A DNA stretch of 64,000 nucleotides, taken from the NCBI GenBank assembly GCA_030390025.1, contig CM059431.1, positions 143,160,001-143,224,000 of the forward strand. Direction: 5' to 3'. Shown in pieces: positions 11,405 through 23,182 of the stretch. The notes beneath the pieces are model-generated. The model searched no databases. It was given only the letters and a program-made list of their open reading frames with translations, and had not been told where the DNA came from. Every line of letters begins with the position of its first letter. The first letter of the stretch is position 1. Both the position numbers and the translations under genes were made by a program. The stretch comes from Squalus acanthias. Lineage: Eukaryota.

Positions 11405-11593
11405 ACAGAAGCCGAGCTGGCGAGCTGCAGCCGCCATTCCTTCCTTGCTTCCTGCACCATGTGCTGCCTGCCTGGCTGTGTCTGTGAGCAGCAGCACAGC
11501 CTGTGAGCGGCTCCAGACAATGGCCACACTCAGCAGCCGGGCGGGCGGGGCGGGAGCCCGCTCTCTGCAACACAAGCTACGCGCCCATTTAAA
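11405..11593 (-). promoter_or_regulatory. Candidate promoter/first exon on the minus strand
   Basis: TTTAAAT at 11593-11587, GC boxes (GGGCGGGCGGGGCGGG), AATGGCGGC (YY1-like, ATG context) at 11438-11430, and stacked GTGAGT donors from 11404. Confidence 0.35.
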
Positions 11594-11602
11594 GTGACAG
11601 TG

Positions 11603-11968
11603 CACTGCAAAGCGCCAGTATATTGCAAAGTGATATTCCATTGCAAAGTGATATTCCATTGTTAAAGGGCTATTATATTGCAAAGTGATATTCCATCGCA
11701 AAGGACTATTATATTGCAAAATGCTACTCCATTGCACAGAACTATTATATTGCGAAATGCTATTCCATTACACAGGACTATTCCATTGCAACGCAATATT
11801 CCATTGCAAGGCGCTATTTCGTTGCAAAGGGCAATTATATTGCAATGTGATATTCCATTGCAAAGGACTATTATATTGCAAAATTATATTTCATTGCAAA
11901 GTTCTATTGTATTGCAAAGTTCTATGCCATTGCAACCTACTATTATATTGCAAAGTGCTATTCCATTA
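11603..11968. repeat. 18-bp minisatellite, ~20 copies, two interleaved variants
   Basis: TTGCAAAGTGATATTCCA and TTGCAAAGGACTATTATA units. Confidence 0.9.
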
Positions 11969-13223
11969 AAAGGACAATTGTACAATCATAGAAATTTACC
12001 GCACAGAAGGGGGCCATTCGGCCCGTCGAGCCCGTTCCGGCTTTCTGCAAGAGCACTTCAGCTCGTCCCAGTCTCCTGCCCTTTCCTGTAGCCCAGATTT
12101 TTTTCCTGCATGTACTTATCCAATTCCCTTTTGAAAGCCACGATTGAATCTGCCTCCTCCACCCTTTCAGGCAGTGCATTCCAGATCTTAACCACTCGCT
12201 GCGTAAAAAAGTTTTTCCTCATATCGCCTTTGGTTCTTCTGCCAATCACCTTAAAGCTGTGTCCTCTGGTTCTCGACCCTTCCGCCAATGAGAACAGTTT
12301 CCCTCTATCTACTCTGTCTTCACACCTCATGATGTTGAACACCTCTATCAAATCTCCTCTCAAACTTCTCTGCTCTAAGGAGAACAACCCCATCTTCTTC
12401 AGCCTATCCATGTAACAGAAGTCCCTCATCCCTGGAACCATTCTTGTAAATCTTTTCTGCACCCTCTCTAAGGCCTTCACTTTCTTCCGAAAGTGCGGTG
12501 CCATGAAAATGGACACATACTGCAGTTGAGGCCGAACCAGTGTTTTGTAAAGGTTCATCATACCTTCCGTGCTGTTCTACTCTGTGCCTCTATTTATTAA
12601 GCCAAGGATCCCGTATGTTATTTTAACAGCTTTCTCAACCTGCCTTGCCACCTTCAACGATTTGTGCAAATCTACCCCCAGCTCTCTCAGTTCATGTACC
12701 CCCTTTAGAATTGTACCCTTTAGTTTATATTGTCTCTTCTCATTCTTCCTACCGAAATGTATCACTTCGCACGTTTCTGCATTAAATTTCATCTGCCACG
12801 TGTTCTCCCATTCCCCCAGCCTGTCTATGTCCTTTTGAAGTCTATCACTATCCTCCTCACTGTTGACTATACTTCCAAGTTATGTGTCATCTGCAAAAAT
12901 TAAATTAGGCCCTGTACACCCAAGTCCAAGTCATTAATATATATCAAGTGAAATTGTGGGCCAGGTGCCGTTGTTTAGGGAACAGCACTGCATAATTTCC
13001 TCAAGTCTGAAAAACTACCATTCACCACTACTCTCTGTGTCCTGTTACTTAGCCAATTTCATATCCTTGCTGTCACTGACCCTTTTATTCCATGGGCTTC
13101 AACTTTTCTGGCAAGCCTATTATGTGGCACTATATCAAACGACTTTTGCAAGACCATGTACACCACATCAAGCACATTGCCCTCATCAACCCTCTCTGTT
13201 ACCCTATCAAAAAACTAATCAAG

Positions 13224-14059
13224 TGTAGAATGTATATACAGACCATTAATTTTAATATTTCTTGAAATGCTTTGCCAGGCAAAAAGCTTTTACAAAGTGA
13301 AATAAAATTGGTTAATGTAACAAGCAATCTTTCGCTGATAAGGCAGGAAACATGGTTGTGACTGCAGGGGGTAGTGATAGTCAACAGAGATAAACAAACC
13401 CTCTCAGATTGTAGACATGGTGTCTCTGGTGATCTTTCTGAGGTGAGAAGTCAAACCTTTGAAGTTTTGAAATGCAGAATACGACATAACTCATGAACCG
13501 AACCAAGTGGTTCTCTGCCACCTTTGTAAGTAAACTTTAGGAGTGAATGAACAATTTTGGGCTGTGATAAGGACAAACTGAATAATAGCCACACAGGATG
13601 TGTGAGTGTAAATGTTTGACAGCTCAAACAGCTCAGACCAACATTAAAGGAAGATTTCACTATCTCTGAATGAATGATTTAATGCAAAAGACAAGGAAAG
13701 CTGTATAAAACACTGTCGCTAAAGAAAATCAGCACTGCAGTCAGAAGAAGGTGGCTTGGCCAGTCATCTTGTCTACGAGGATCAAGCTGCAGTCAAAGGA
13801 AGGAGGGGCCTGGTCAGTCTTTTCATGTACAAGGACCTACAATCAACGCTGGACGGATCATCAGTGGGTGGTTGTATGAAGGATTTCCTGTAATATTATT
13901 GGTGAACTGCTCGAAAAGTGGTTGTGGTTTTGAATCTGTCTTAGGAACAATAAAAGGTTAAAGACAGAACCCGTGTGTCTGGTGTAATTTCTCATAAGTC
14001 TAAAGTCCGAACTCTATAACCTGTTGGACGGGGCGAGGGATAATTCCGCACGTCTTTCA
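13224..14059 (+). mobile_element. Solo LTR (836 bp), ERV/LTR-retrotransposon type
   Basis: TGTAGAA...TCTTTCA termini, 4-bp TSD CAAG (13220-13223, 14060-14063), TATAAAA 13704-13710 and AATAAA 13949-13954. The host CR1 rejoins across it. Confidence 0.85.
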
Positions 14060-14448
14060 CAAGTTAGTTATATTCGATTTGCCTTTGACAAATCCGTGCT
14101 GGCTTCCCTTAATTAATCCACACTTGTCCAAGTGACTGCTGCTTATGCCCCGGATTATCGTTTCTAAAAGCTTCCCCACTATCGGGGTTAAACTGGCTGG
14201 CCTGTAGTTGCTGGGTTTATCCTTACAGCCTTTCTTTGAACCAGGGTGTAACGTTCGTAATTCTCCTTTCCTCTGGCACCACACCGTATCTAAAGAGGAT
14301 TGGAAGATTATGGCCAGTGCCTCCGCAATTTCCACCAATACCACCCTCAGTATCCTAGGATGCATACCATCCAGTCCTGGTGATTATCTACTTTAAGTAC
14401 TGCCAGCCATTCTACTACCTCCTCTTTATCAATTTTTATCCCATCTAG

Positions 14449-15103
14449 TATCTCATAGAAGGTGGTGGTGGATGGAACATTTTCGGACTGGAGACCAGTT
14501 ACCAGCGGTGTGCCACAGGGGTCGGTGCTGGGTCCTCTGCTGTTTGTGATTTTTATCAATGACTTGGAGGAGGGGACTGAAGGGTGGATCAGTAAATTTG
14601 CTGATGACACCAAGATTGGTGGAGTAGTGGATGAGGTGGAGGGCAGTTGTAGGCTGCAAAGAGACATTGATAGGATGCAGAGCTGGGCCGAAAAATGGCA
14701 GATGGAATTTAACCCTGATAAGTGCGAGGTGATTCATTTTGGTAGGGCAAATTTGAATAAGGATTACAGGGTCAACGGCAGGGTTCTGAGGAACGTGGAG
14801 GAGCAGAGGGATCTGGGGGTTCATATCCACAGATCTCTGAAGGTTGCCACTCAAGTGGATAGAGCAGTAAAGAAGGCCTATGGTGTGTTGGCGTTTATTA
14901 ACAGAGGGTTTGAGTTTAAGAACCGTGAGGTTATGCTGCAACTGTACAGGACCTTGGTGAGACCACATTTGGAATATTGTGTGCAGTTCTGGTCACCTCA
15001 CTATAGGAAGGACGTGGAAGCATTGGAAAGAGTGCAAAGGAGATTTACCAGGATGCTGCCTGGTTTGGGGGGGGAGGTCTTATGAGGAAAGATTGAGGGA
15101 GTT
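14449..15103 (+). mobile_element. Internal RT fragment of the young CR1 family
   Basis: Aligns by eye to 54642-55302 with ~5 substitutions and 2 small indels. Contains [11 protein letters not shown] and KFADDT. Confidence 0.95.
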
Positions 15104-15439
15104 CTACCCTCTCTTTCACTATGACTTTGGCAGCATTTCTTCCTTGGTAAAGACATATGCAAAATACTAATTTAGTATCTCAGCCATGCCTCCATGTTTA
15201 GGTCTCCATTTTGGTCCCAAATTGGCCCCACCCCTCCTCTTACTACCCTTTTATTATTTATATGCCTGTATAAGACTTTTGGATTCCATTTTATGATAGC
15301 TGCCAGTCTATTCTCATACTCCCGTTGCCCCTCTTATTTCCTTTTTCACTTCCCCTCTGAATTTTCTATATTCTCGTTATAGGCAGCACCTGATATTCTG
15401 CTCTATTGCAGTCAATGGAACTGATCATCAGGCACTGCG

Positions 15440-16110
15440 TATCCCCCTCCCTGGCCAGTGTCTCAGGTTGAACCGGACTGTTGTCCACCTCGCTGTCCTG
15501 TTTGAACCTGAGCTGAGCTTCTGACCCCAGATCCTGTCCATCACAAAGACTGTGTCACATCGATCAGCTCCGCTCCATCTGGCACAAAATCCTCATCCAT
15601 ATCTTTGTCTCCTCCAGACATGTCTAAGCCAATACTCTCCTGAACTGCCTCACCACGTCCGCTCTCCATAAACATGAGCTTATCCAAAACTCTGCTGCCT
15701 GTAACCTAACTCGCACTAAGTCCGAATCACAGCTCAACCCTGCGCCCGCTGATCTACGCTGGCTCCCGGTCCAGAAACGTCTCGATTTGAAAATTCTCCA
15801 TCATTGCCTCGCCCCTTCCCTATCTCTGTAAACTCCCCCAGCTCTACAAGTCCTATAATGTGCAGTTACTGCTTTACAAGAGCAGATATTGCGAGGGTTG
15901 CATTTTAATGTCTCCGAGAGATCTGCGTTGCTCCTACTCCGGCCTCTTGTGAATCGCTCACATTCTTCAGCCCTCCATTGGTGGCCGTGCCTTCAGCTGC
16001 CCGATCCGTAAACTCTGCCATTACCTCCCTAAAGATCTCCATCTCTCTCCTCCTTGAAGACGCTCCTTAGAACCTATCAGTTTGACCAAAGTTTGGTCAT
16101 CTGTCCTAAA
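15440..16110 (+). mobile_element. Old L2-type LINE 3' remnant
   Basis: Degenerate L2-like ORF2 end (ATCCAAAACTCTGCTGCC, GCTGGCTCCCGGTCC, GCCTTCAGCTGCC...), related to 3111-3420. Confidence 0.65.
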
Positions 16111-16511
16111 TTGTGGCCTGTATTTTGCAGGTCAGCAGTGAACTAACAGCGCTCGCTGTTCATTACACTTCCTCTTGCCCACAGATTTTCTCCGGGCTTT
16201 TGCTCAGGAATTGCGGTGATTAGAAATCCAAAACAGCGCGGCGCCCTCTACAGGGGATCTGGGACCCGGGTGAACAGGACAAGCAACTGTGCAACTCCTC
16301 AACCAATCAGATTAAAGAATCCTTGCTGAGGCTCTCTCGCATCTGAACCAGGAGGTGTAAATTAGAATAGTTAATTCAGACACAAATCATGCGCACAAAA
16401 CGAAATAAAGAGAAAAGAAAGATGTGATTAAGAGAGTGAGAGATACAAGAGACAAAAGGAAAAGTTAAAAAATAATTATTTATATATTTATTTTTTAATC
16501 TACAACAATAT

Positions 16512-17660
16512 TTTTTTTCATTCTTCGGATGTGGGCGTCGCTGGCAAGGCTAGAATTTATTGCCTATTGCTAATGGCCCTTGAGAAGGTCGTGGTGAGCC
16601 ATCTTCTTGAACCACTGCAGTCCGTGTGGTGAAGGTACTTCCATAGTGCAGTTAGGAAGGGAGTTCTAGGACTTTGTCCCAGCAACGATGATATATTTCC
16701 AAGTCAGGATCATATGTGACTTGGACGGGAAATTGGAGGTGATGGTGTTCCCATGCATCTGCTGCCGTTATCCTTCTGGGTGGTAGAGGTTCCAGGTTTG
16801 GGAGGTGCTGTCGAAGAAGCCTTGGCAATTTGCTGCAGTGTATCTTGTAGATGGTACACACTGCAGCCACCGTGCACTGGTGGTGGAGGGAGTGAAGGTT
16901 TAAGGTGGTGGATGGTCTGCCAGTCAAGCAAGCTGCTTTCTCTTGGATGGTATCGAGCTTCGTGGGTGTTGTTGGAGGGGAACCCATCCAGGCCAGAGAA
17001 GAGTATCCCGTCACAATACTTACTTGTGCCTTGTAGATAGATGGTGGAAAGGCATTGAGGAGTCAGGAGGTGAGACACACGCCGCAGAATACCCAGCCTC
17101 TGACCTGCTCTTGTAGCCACAGTAGCTATGTGGCTGATCCAGTTTAGTTTCCAATCAATGGCGACCCCCCAGGATATTGATGGTGGGGGATTCGGTGATG
17201 GTAATCACGTTTAATTTCAAGGGGCGGTGGTTAGACACTCTATTGTTGGAGATAGTCAGTGCCTGGCACTTGTGTGGCGTGAATGATACTTGCCACTTAT
17301 GTCGTCCAAGTATTTCTGCATGTGGACATGGACTGCTTCATTATCTGAGGCTTTGCGAGTGGAACTGAACACTGTGCAATCATCAGCGATCATCCATTTG
17401 TGACCTTATGATGAAGGGTAGGTCATTGATAAAGCTGCTTGGGCCGAGGACATTGCCCTGAGGACCTCTTGCAGCGATGTCCTGGGGCTGAAATGATTGG
17501 CCTCCAACAGCCACAAACATTTTCCTTTGTGCTAGGTATGACTGCAGCAAGTGAAGAGTTTTACCTCTGATTACCATTGACTTCAATTTTACTAGTGCTC
17601 TTTGATGCCCCACTCGAGCTTATGCTGCCTTGATGTCAAGCACAGTCACTCTCACCTCAC
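16512..17660 (-). mobile_element. Non-LTR retrotransposon (CR1/L2 group), 3' part
   Basis: RAGQRLGILRRVSHLLTPQCLSTIY and LHHQCTVAAVCTIYKIHC; tail GCCAGCGACGCCCACATCC + A-rich. Same family as 31432-33726. Confidence 0.85.
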
Positions 17661-17664
17661 TTCA

Positions 17665-18032
17665 CCTCTGAAAGCTGCCATTTGCTCGAGGGAATTCCAA
17701 ATTTCTACCAACCTTTGCACGTCAAATGGTTTCCTAACTTCACTCCTCGCTCCATATTTTAGGCTTTGTCCACTAGTCCTAGACTTCCCAACCATCGCAA
17801 ATTGTTTCTTTCTATCTGCCTTATTAGTTTGCCTTAATATCTCCAAACCTAATAAATCCTTCCTATGGTGCCCAGAACTGAACCCAGTCCTCCAGCTGTG
17901 TTCTAACCAGGGCTTTTTGTATCGCTGGAGCATCAGTAGCACATCCCTATAGTGTAGTCCTCTAGATATAAACCCCAGCATTCCATTAGCCTTTTTCATT
18001 GTTTACCATACCTGCCCATGATATTTTAAGGA
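17665..18032 (-). mobile_element. Old CR1 fragment
   Basis: KKANGMLGFISRGL...RLVEIWNSL. Confidence 0.75.
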
Positions 18033-18033
18033 T

Positions 18034-18270
18034 TTTTTTATTCATTGGACGTGTGGACATCGGCAGCAAGGCCAGCATTTAGTGGTGGTCGTGAGCCGCC
18101 TTCTTGAATACAACTGAGTGGCTTCCTAGGCTATTTCAGACGGCAGTTAAGAGTTAACCACATTGCTGTGGGTCTGGAATCACATATAGACCAGAACGGC
18201 AGATTTGCTTCTATTAGTGAACCAGATGCATTTTTGCGACAATGTGGTAGTTTTGCCATTACTGATTTAT
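18034..18270 (-). mobile_element. SINE fragment sharing its 3' tail with the 16512-17660 LINE family
   Basis: Tail GGCCAGCATTTA...GTGAGCCGCCTTCTTGAA matches the LINE end and is joined to a non-LINE body (AACCACATTGCTGTGGGTCTGGA). Confidence 0.6.
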
Positions 18271-18407
18271 TATTTAATTGACATTTATATTTATATTTAA
18301 TGTCAATATATATTTATGATCGGTCAGTGAGAGGAATCCATCTTTCAATCGGGCTTTTGCCGTTCGATTTACTGATAAAGACAGACAGAGAGAACTGCTG
18401 TGGACAA

Positions 18408-18481
18408 GACAGGCTAGCTCAGTCGGTCAGAAGATGAGACTCATAATCTCAGGGTTGTTGGTTCGAGCCCCACATTGGTAG
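18408..18481 (+). pseudogene. tRNA-Lys(CTT)-derived pseudogene; anticodon now reads CAT
   Basis: Resembles the vertebrate tRNA-Lys-CTT body: GGCTAGCTCAGTCGGT...TGAGACT[CAT]AATCTCAGGGT...GGTTCGAGCCCCAC. Acceptor, D and T stems carry mismatches. T4 tract downstream. Confidence 0.8.
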
Positions 18482-18839
18482 GTTAGTTTTAATGCAGATT
18501 TTAAAGGCGATCCCCAGCTCTGGATTCCGCGGCAGAGAGTCCAAGGAGTGTTTGATGTAAATTAGATTCAACAACAATATCAGAACATCTCTCCATGATT
18601 CTGGACTCTTATCTGTCTCTCGTTGAACTTCTTATCATTTCACCTGCGGCTCAGTGGGACTTCGGGCCAGTGAGATCTCCCCTGGTGTGTCAGCCTTAGA
18701 TGTTTATAAACACATCAGCAGAACATTAACATAACCTGTGCTCCGAGATCTGGCCGGGTCCCATTCTCCGAAGTGAATAATGAGCAGGACGGATTAGAGT
18801 TTCTTTAAAAGAATGACACGAAAATCACTTTGATGTGAG

Positions 18840-18860
18840 GCCGAAATAGCTCAATTGGGA
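18840..18860 (+). pseudogene. tRNA-Phe 5' remnant
   Basis: GCCGAAATAGCTCAATTGGGA versus the tRNA-Phe-GAA start GCCGAAATAGCTCAGTTGGGA (20/21); the rest is absent. Confidence 0.6.
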
Positions 18861-19262
18861 TTCGGCAGCTTATAGATATTATGTGTCTCGTTCTTTGGGT
18901 CCTTTTCTCGAAATTACCAATTGAAACTGAAGTTTTTTATCCGCCACTGAAGGGTTGGGTTTGAATAGAGAGAGACATCAAGGATCGAATCCATTTCTAT
19001 TGGCTGTTTTGAGCTTTTATTTCTCTACCTCCTTCTGCCCCTTTCTCTGTTTTTGTCTCTCTTGGTGCAGGGTGAACATTTGTCCTAAACTGATGCCTTT
19101 TACACATCTCGGGGCGGTCAGACACGCTCTGTCTGTCTGTTGCTGCTTGTGACCATTAACGGAAACAGACCGCGACTTAAACGTTTATCAGCAAACCGAA
19201 GAAAGACAAATAAACAGAAAGATGTATTGTTCCGCCCAGTGCAAAGGTGAAATGGATGTTAG

Positions 19263-20176
19263 TCATAGAGTCAGAGAGTTATACAGCACAGAAAGAGGCC
19301 CTTCGGCTCATCGTGTCTGCGCCGGCCATCAAGCCCTGTCTATTCTAATCCCATTTCCAGCACTTGGTCCGTAGCCTTGTATGCTATGGCGTTTCAAGAG
19401 CTCATCTAAATGCTTCTTGAATGTTGTGAGGGTTCCTGCCTCTACCACCCTTTCAGGCAGTGAGTTCCAGATTCTAACCACCCTCTGGATGAAAAAGGTT
19501 TTCCTCAAATCCCCTCTAAACCTCCTGGCCCTTACCTTGAAACTATGCCCCCTGGTTATTGACCCTTCTACTAAGGGGAAAAGTTCCTTTCTATCTCCCC
19601 TTTCTATGCCCCTCATAATTTTATTAACCTCAATCAGGTCCCCCCTCAGCCTTCTCTGCTCTAAGGAAAACAATCCCAGCCTGTCCACTCTCTCTTCATA
19701 GCTGAAGCGCTCCAGCCCAGGTAACATCCTGGTTAATCTCCTCTGCATCCTCTCCAATGCAATCACATCCTTCCGATAGTGTGGCGACCAGAACTGCACA
19801 CAGTATTCCAGCTGTGGCCGAACTAGCATTTTGTACAGCTCCGTCATAACCTTCTGCTCTTATATTCAATGCCTCGGCTAATGAAGGCAAATGTCCCATA
19901 TGCCTTTTTAACCACCTTATCTACCTGTCCTGCTGCCTTCAGGGATCTATGTACATGCACACCAAGGTCCCTCTGATCCTCTGTCCTTCCTAGGGTCTTA
20001 CCATTCATTGTGTATTCCCTTGCCTTGTTAGTCCTCCCAAAATGCATTACCTCACACTTTTCAGTGTTAAATTCCATTTGCCACTGTTCTGTCCAACTGA
20101 CCAACCCGTCTATATCATCCTGTAGCCTGATGCTTCTTCCCTTCTCGCTATTTACCACCCCACCAATTTTCGATGT
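19263..20176 (-). mobile_element. 5'-truncated CR1 LINE
   Basis: ORFs 19844-20158 and 19329-19847 form the RT C-terminus ([30 protein letters not shown]); 3' UTR with a CTCTATGA-type tail. Confidence 0.92.
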
Positions 20177-20276
20177 TATTGAAAATAATTTCCCCCTGAC
20201 AGTTTGTGTAGATTTTTTGTAAAGTCTGGATTTTCCATGTCAGGAGAAACCGAAAAATTAAGAATTAGACTGCAGA

Positions 20277-20350
20277 TGACCCGTACAGGGATTAAACCCG
20301 TGCCCTTAGCGATATCAGCCCCACGCTCTAAACAACTGTGATAAAAGCTG
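20277..20350 (-). pseudogene. tRNA-Ile-derived pseudogene (anticodon GAT)
   Basis: Reverse complement aligns to the tRNA-Ile-AAT body (CAGTTG.TTAGAGCGTGG.GCT[GAT]A.CGC.AAGG..ACGGGTT.AATCCC.GTACGGG.CA). B box and acceptor stem are damaged. Confidence 0.75.
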
Positions 20351-20959
20351 TCATGATTGTTGGAGCCCCGCGCTGGGCGGTTTGTGTTTTACTTCTCACA
20401 CTGGGTCACAGAGTTATTGTACAGACAATGAACACACCACATGCCTTAAATAATATTCCGATATCAAATAATCACTGTTCGATAAAAACCGAGTATGTAA
20501 ATCGAAAGTAACAGAAAAAGAGCACTTACTTGTGAAAAGAGTGATTGCACCAACAGTGAAGTGGTATCTGCCGGCCTCCGCCAATCTAATCCTGTGACTG
20601 TGGGACTTTGGTTCGGGCAGAGGATTGACTGTGACGACACAATCAGACCACCCCCACCCCCCACCATCCATGTTAAACCTGAAAAGTGTCTGACAAAAAT
20701 TCGGAACAGGCGTCCAGGAAGTAACCCTTCGGAGAGCTTTGTGTTTCTGAATCCCTAACTCTTCTGGCTCTTTGTGACATGTTCCCATTCAATGTACAGA
20801 CCCTCTCCTCAGTCTGCCCCTCGAGACCCGTCACCTCACATTTCTCTGCATTTAATTTCAAAACATGTTTTACACACCTCTCCAGGATTGTCCTGGAGTC
20901 CCCAATACTGTGTCAATTGTAGCACTTTCTGAAATACTACCCGTGTCGTGTTAGTCAAG

Positions 20960-21500
20960 AGAGACAGAGGGGAATTAGACAGACCAAGCGTCGCTGAGAC
21001 TTTGCTGTAGTGAAACAGGGTTTCGGTTCATGAAACATTGCTACAGCTTTCGGAATAGAGGGAGATAATAGAGACCTGATGGGTTCCACCGAAACAAAAG
21101 GGTTTGAGGTGTTGGCAGGTAGAACAGATAGAGTGTGGGGATTGTTTAAACTAGATGTGGAGTTTGTTGATGTAGTTGTTCTATGGAGTTCCTTCAAGGA
21201 GGTGATTCTGAATGCAATGGATCAACGTGTACCCATGCAAAGCAAAGGTACTGAGCGCCATTACAGTCCAGCCTGGTTCAACCGAACTAACAAACAATTC
21301 ATCCAGAAGAGAAAAAGGAATTTAAGACCATGACGGTGAATGGCACAGAATTCCGGCAGCTTCAAAACCAGAAGGTAAGACAAGAGTACAAAAACTGCAA
21401 CAGAATGGCGAAGAACAACTTCACATTGAACATGGCAAGTGAAGAGAAGGGTAATAATAGTGCCAGAGGTAAGTTGAGACATTATTCACAAAATGTTTTA
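20960..21500 (+). mobile_element. Ancient LINE ORF2 linker remnant
   Basis: LWSSFKEVILNAMDQRVP...SPAWFNRTNKQFIQKRKR resembles the EN-RT linker of non-LTR elements. Confidence 0.55.
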
Positions 21501-21810
21501 AACGGCTTGCTTACGCTGTGGTCCGCAAAAGCTTTTGATGACGTTGTAGTGGTCCGCATAAATGAAAAGGTTGGGAATCGCTAATTCGTTAATAAATACG
21601 GTGAATAGCTGAGGCCCCAGCACAGAACCCTCGGGACACCACCAGTCTTCTTCCTCCAAATGAAGTACCTGCCCATTATCCGTATACTGTATTTCCTGTC
21701 GCTCAACCCATTTCCTAACCAGGATAATAATTTGCCTTCACTTCCATGAGGTTCAACTTTAGCTAAGAGTCGCTTATAGTGAATTTATCGAATGCATTTT
21801 TGCCCATGTA

Positions 21811-23169
21811 TACTAGTTTTTAATAATTTGTGAACTGGGACTGACAAACCTCTTTGTTCCGCAACAGTTGCTTCCCATCATTTAGAAAATACTCCGAGTT
21901 ATCTTACTTGGTTCCAAAGTGGATGATCTTTTGTACAATGATCTCGATTTACCGTTATTTTGCCCACTCACTTCATCTGTCTCTGTCACTTACTACTACA
22001 GTGCCTCCGAATTTAGTGCGTTTTTGGAGCTGCCGCACTCTGTTGCTCCATCCAAGTCATTAATAAATATGGTGAAAAGTTGAAGATCCAATACAGATAT
22101 CTGGGGAACAGCACTTCTCACATCTGACGTTGCTGCTAAAGAGCGTGTCGCTTGTGGGAGGGAGAATATTTCTGAAGTGAAGCCTGTTGGAGGCAGTCAG
22201 TCTGGGTGTGTGAGAGAAATGCGCTGTACAGGCGGGATTACTGGAGAAGGAAATGCATAATGTAGAGGGTGTATTGAAGCATGCAAGCCAGTGATGGTCG
22301 TTGTGAGAACTTCAGCAAAACTGACTGATATAATTCGAAACTTTGCATGGAAGTCGGATTTATTTCTCAGTCTTGAAACCAGCACTTGTCCAAAAATCCA
22401 CAGCCTCTATGAGAACAGGGTTCCAAATTTCTATTGCAAAAGCAAAATACTGCGGATGCTGGAAATCTGAAATAGAAACTGAAAATGCTGTAAATACTCA
22501 GCAGGTCAGGCAGTATCTGAATGCAGTAACTCTGATGGCAGTGAACAAGGGTCCATACAACTGACGCATAACCTCCTCCTCCATGTCCAGCCCCCTTGAG
22601 ATAAGGGGCAGGATTACATTAGACTTTTGACTGATGTCTGTACATGTCTACTAGTGTTTAATGATTTGTGAACTGGGACTCACACACGTCTTTTCTCCTC
22701 AATCATTTAGAAAATAAACTGATTATCTTACTTGTTTCCGAATTGGATGAGGTCACACTTGCGCACAATGAATTCAAGTTGTCTTGATTTGCCCACTCAC
22801 TTCATCTGTCTCTGTCCCTTTGGTTAAGACCCGCTCCCATTTGCACTACTACCGTGCTTCCTAACTTACTGCGATCTTCAAACATGGATCTATAACACTC
22901 TGTTGCTCCGTCAAAGTCAATAATAAACATGGTGAAAAGTTGAAGATCTAATACAGATATCTGGGGAACAGCACTTATCACATCTGACGCCGCTGCTAAA
23001 GAGCGTGTCGCTTGTCGGAGGGAGGATATTCCTCAAGTGAAGCCTGTGTGAGGCATTCAGTCTGGGTGTGTGAGAGAAATGCGCTGTACAGGCGGGATCA
23101 CTGGTTAAGTAAATGGAAAATATAGAGGGTGTAATGATACACGTCAGCCAGTGAAGGTCGCTTTGTGAG
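21811..23169. repeat. Direct duplication of ~500 bp (21811-22307 and 22649-23169): CR1 remnant plus a ~190-bp unique block
   Basis: Shared TAATAAA.ATGGTGAAAAGTTGAAGATC.AATACAGATATCTGGGGAACAGCAC...GAGAGAAATGCGCTGTACAGGCGGGAT. Confidence 0.9.
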
Positions 23170-23182
23170 CCTGAGATCCAGA

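Larger units (their letters stand above)
11984..15378 (-). mobile_element. Degenerate CR1 LINE (ORF2 RT to 3' end), interrupted by a solo LTR and by a young CR1 fragment
   Basis: Minus-strand ORFs with LYKTLVRPQL, FFTQRVVKIWNALP, NYRPASLT and SQHGFVKGKS motifs; 3' UTR near 11984-12110. Confidence 0.9.

Noticed and set aside
18408..18481. Functional tRNA-Met(CAT)
   Set aside because: The body is tRNA-Lys, and the acceptor, D and T stems are mismatched.
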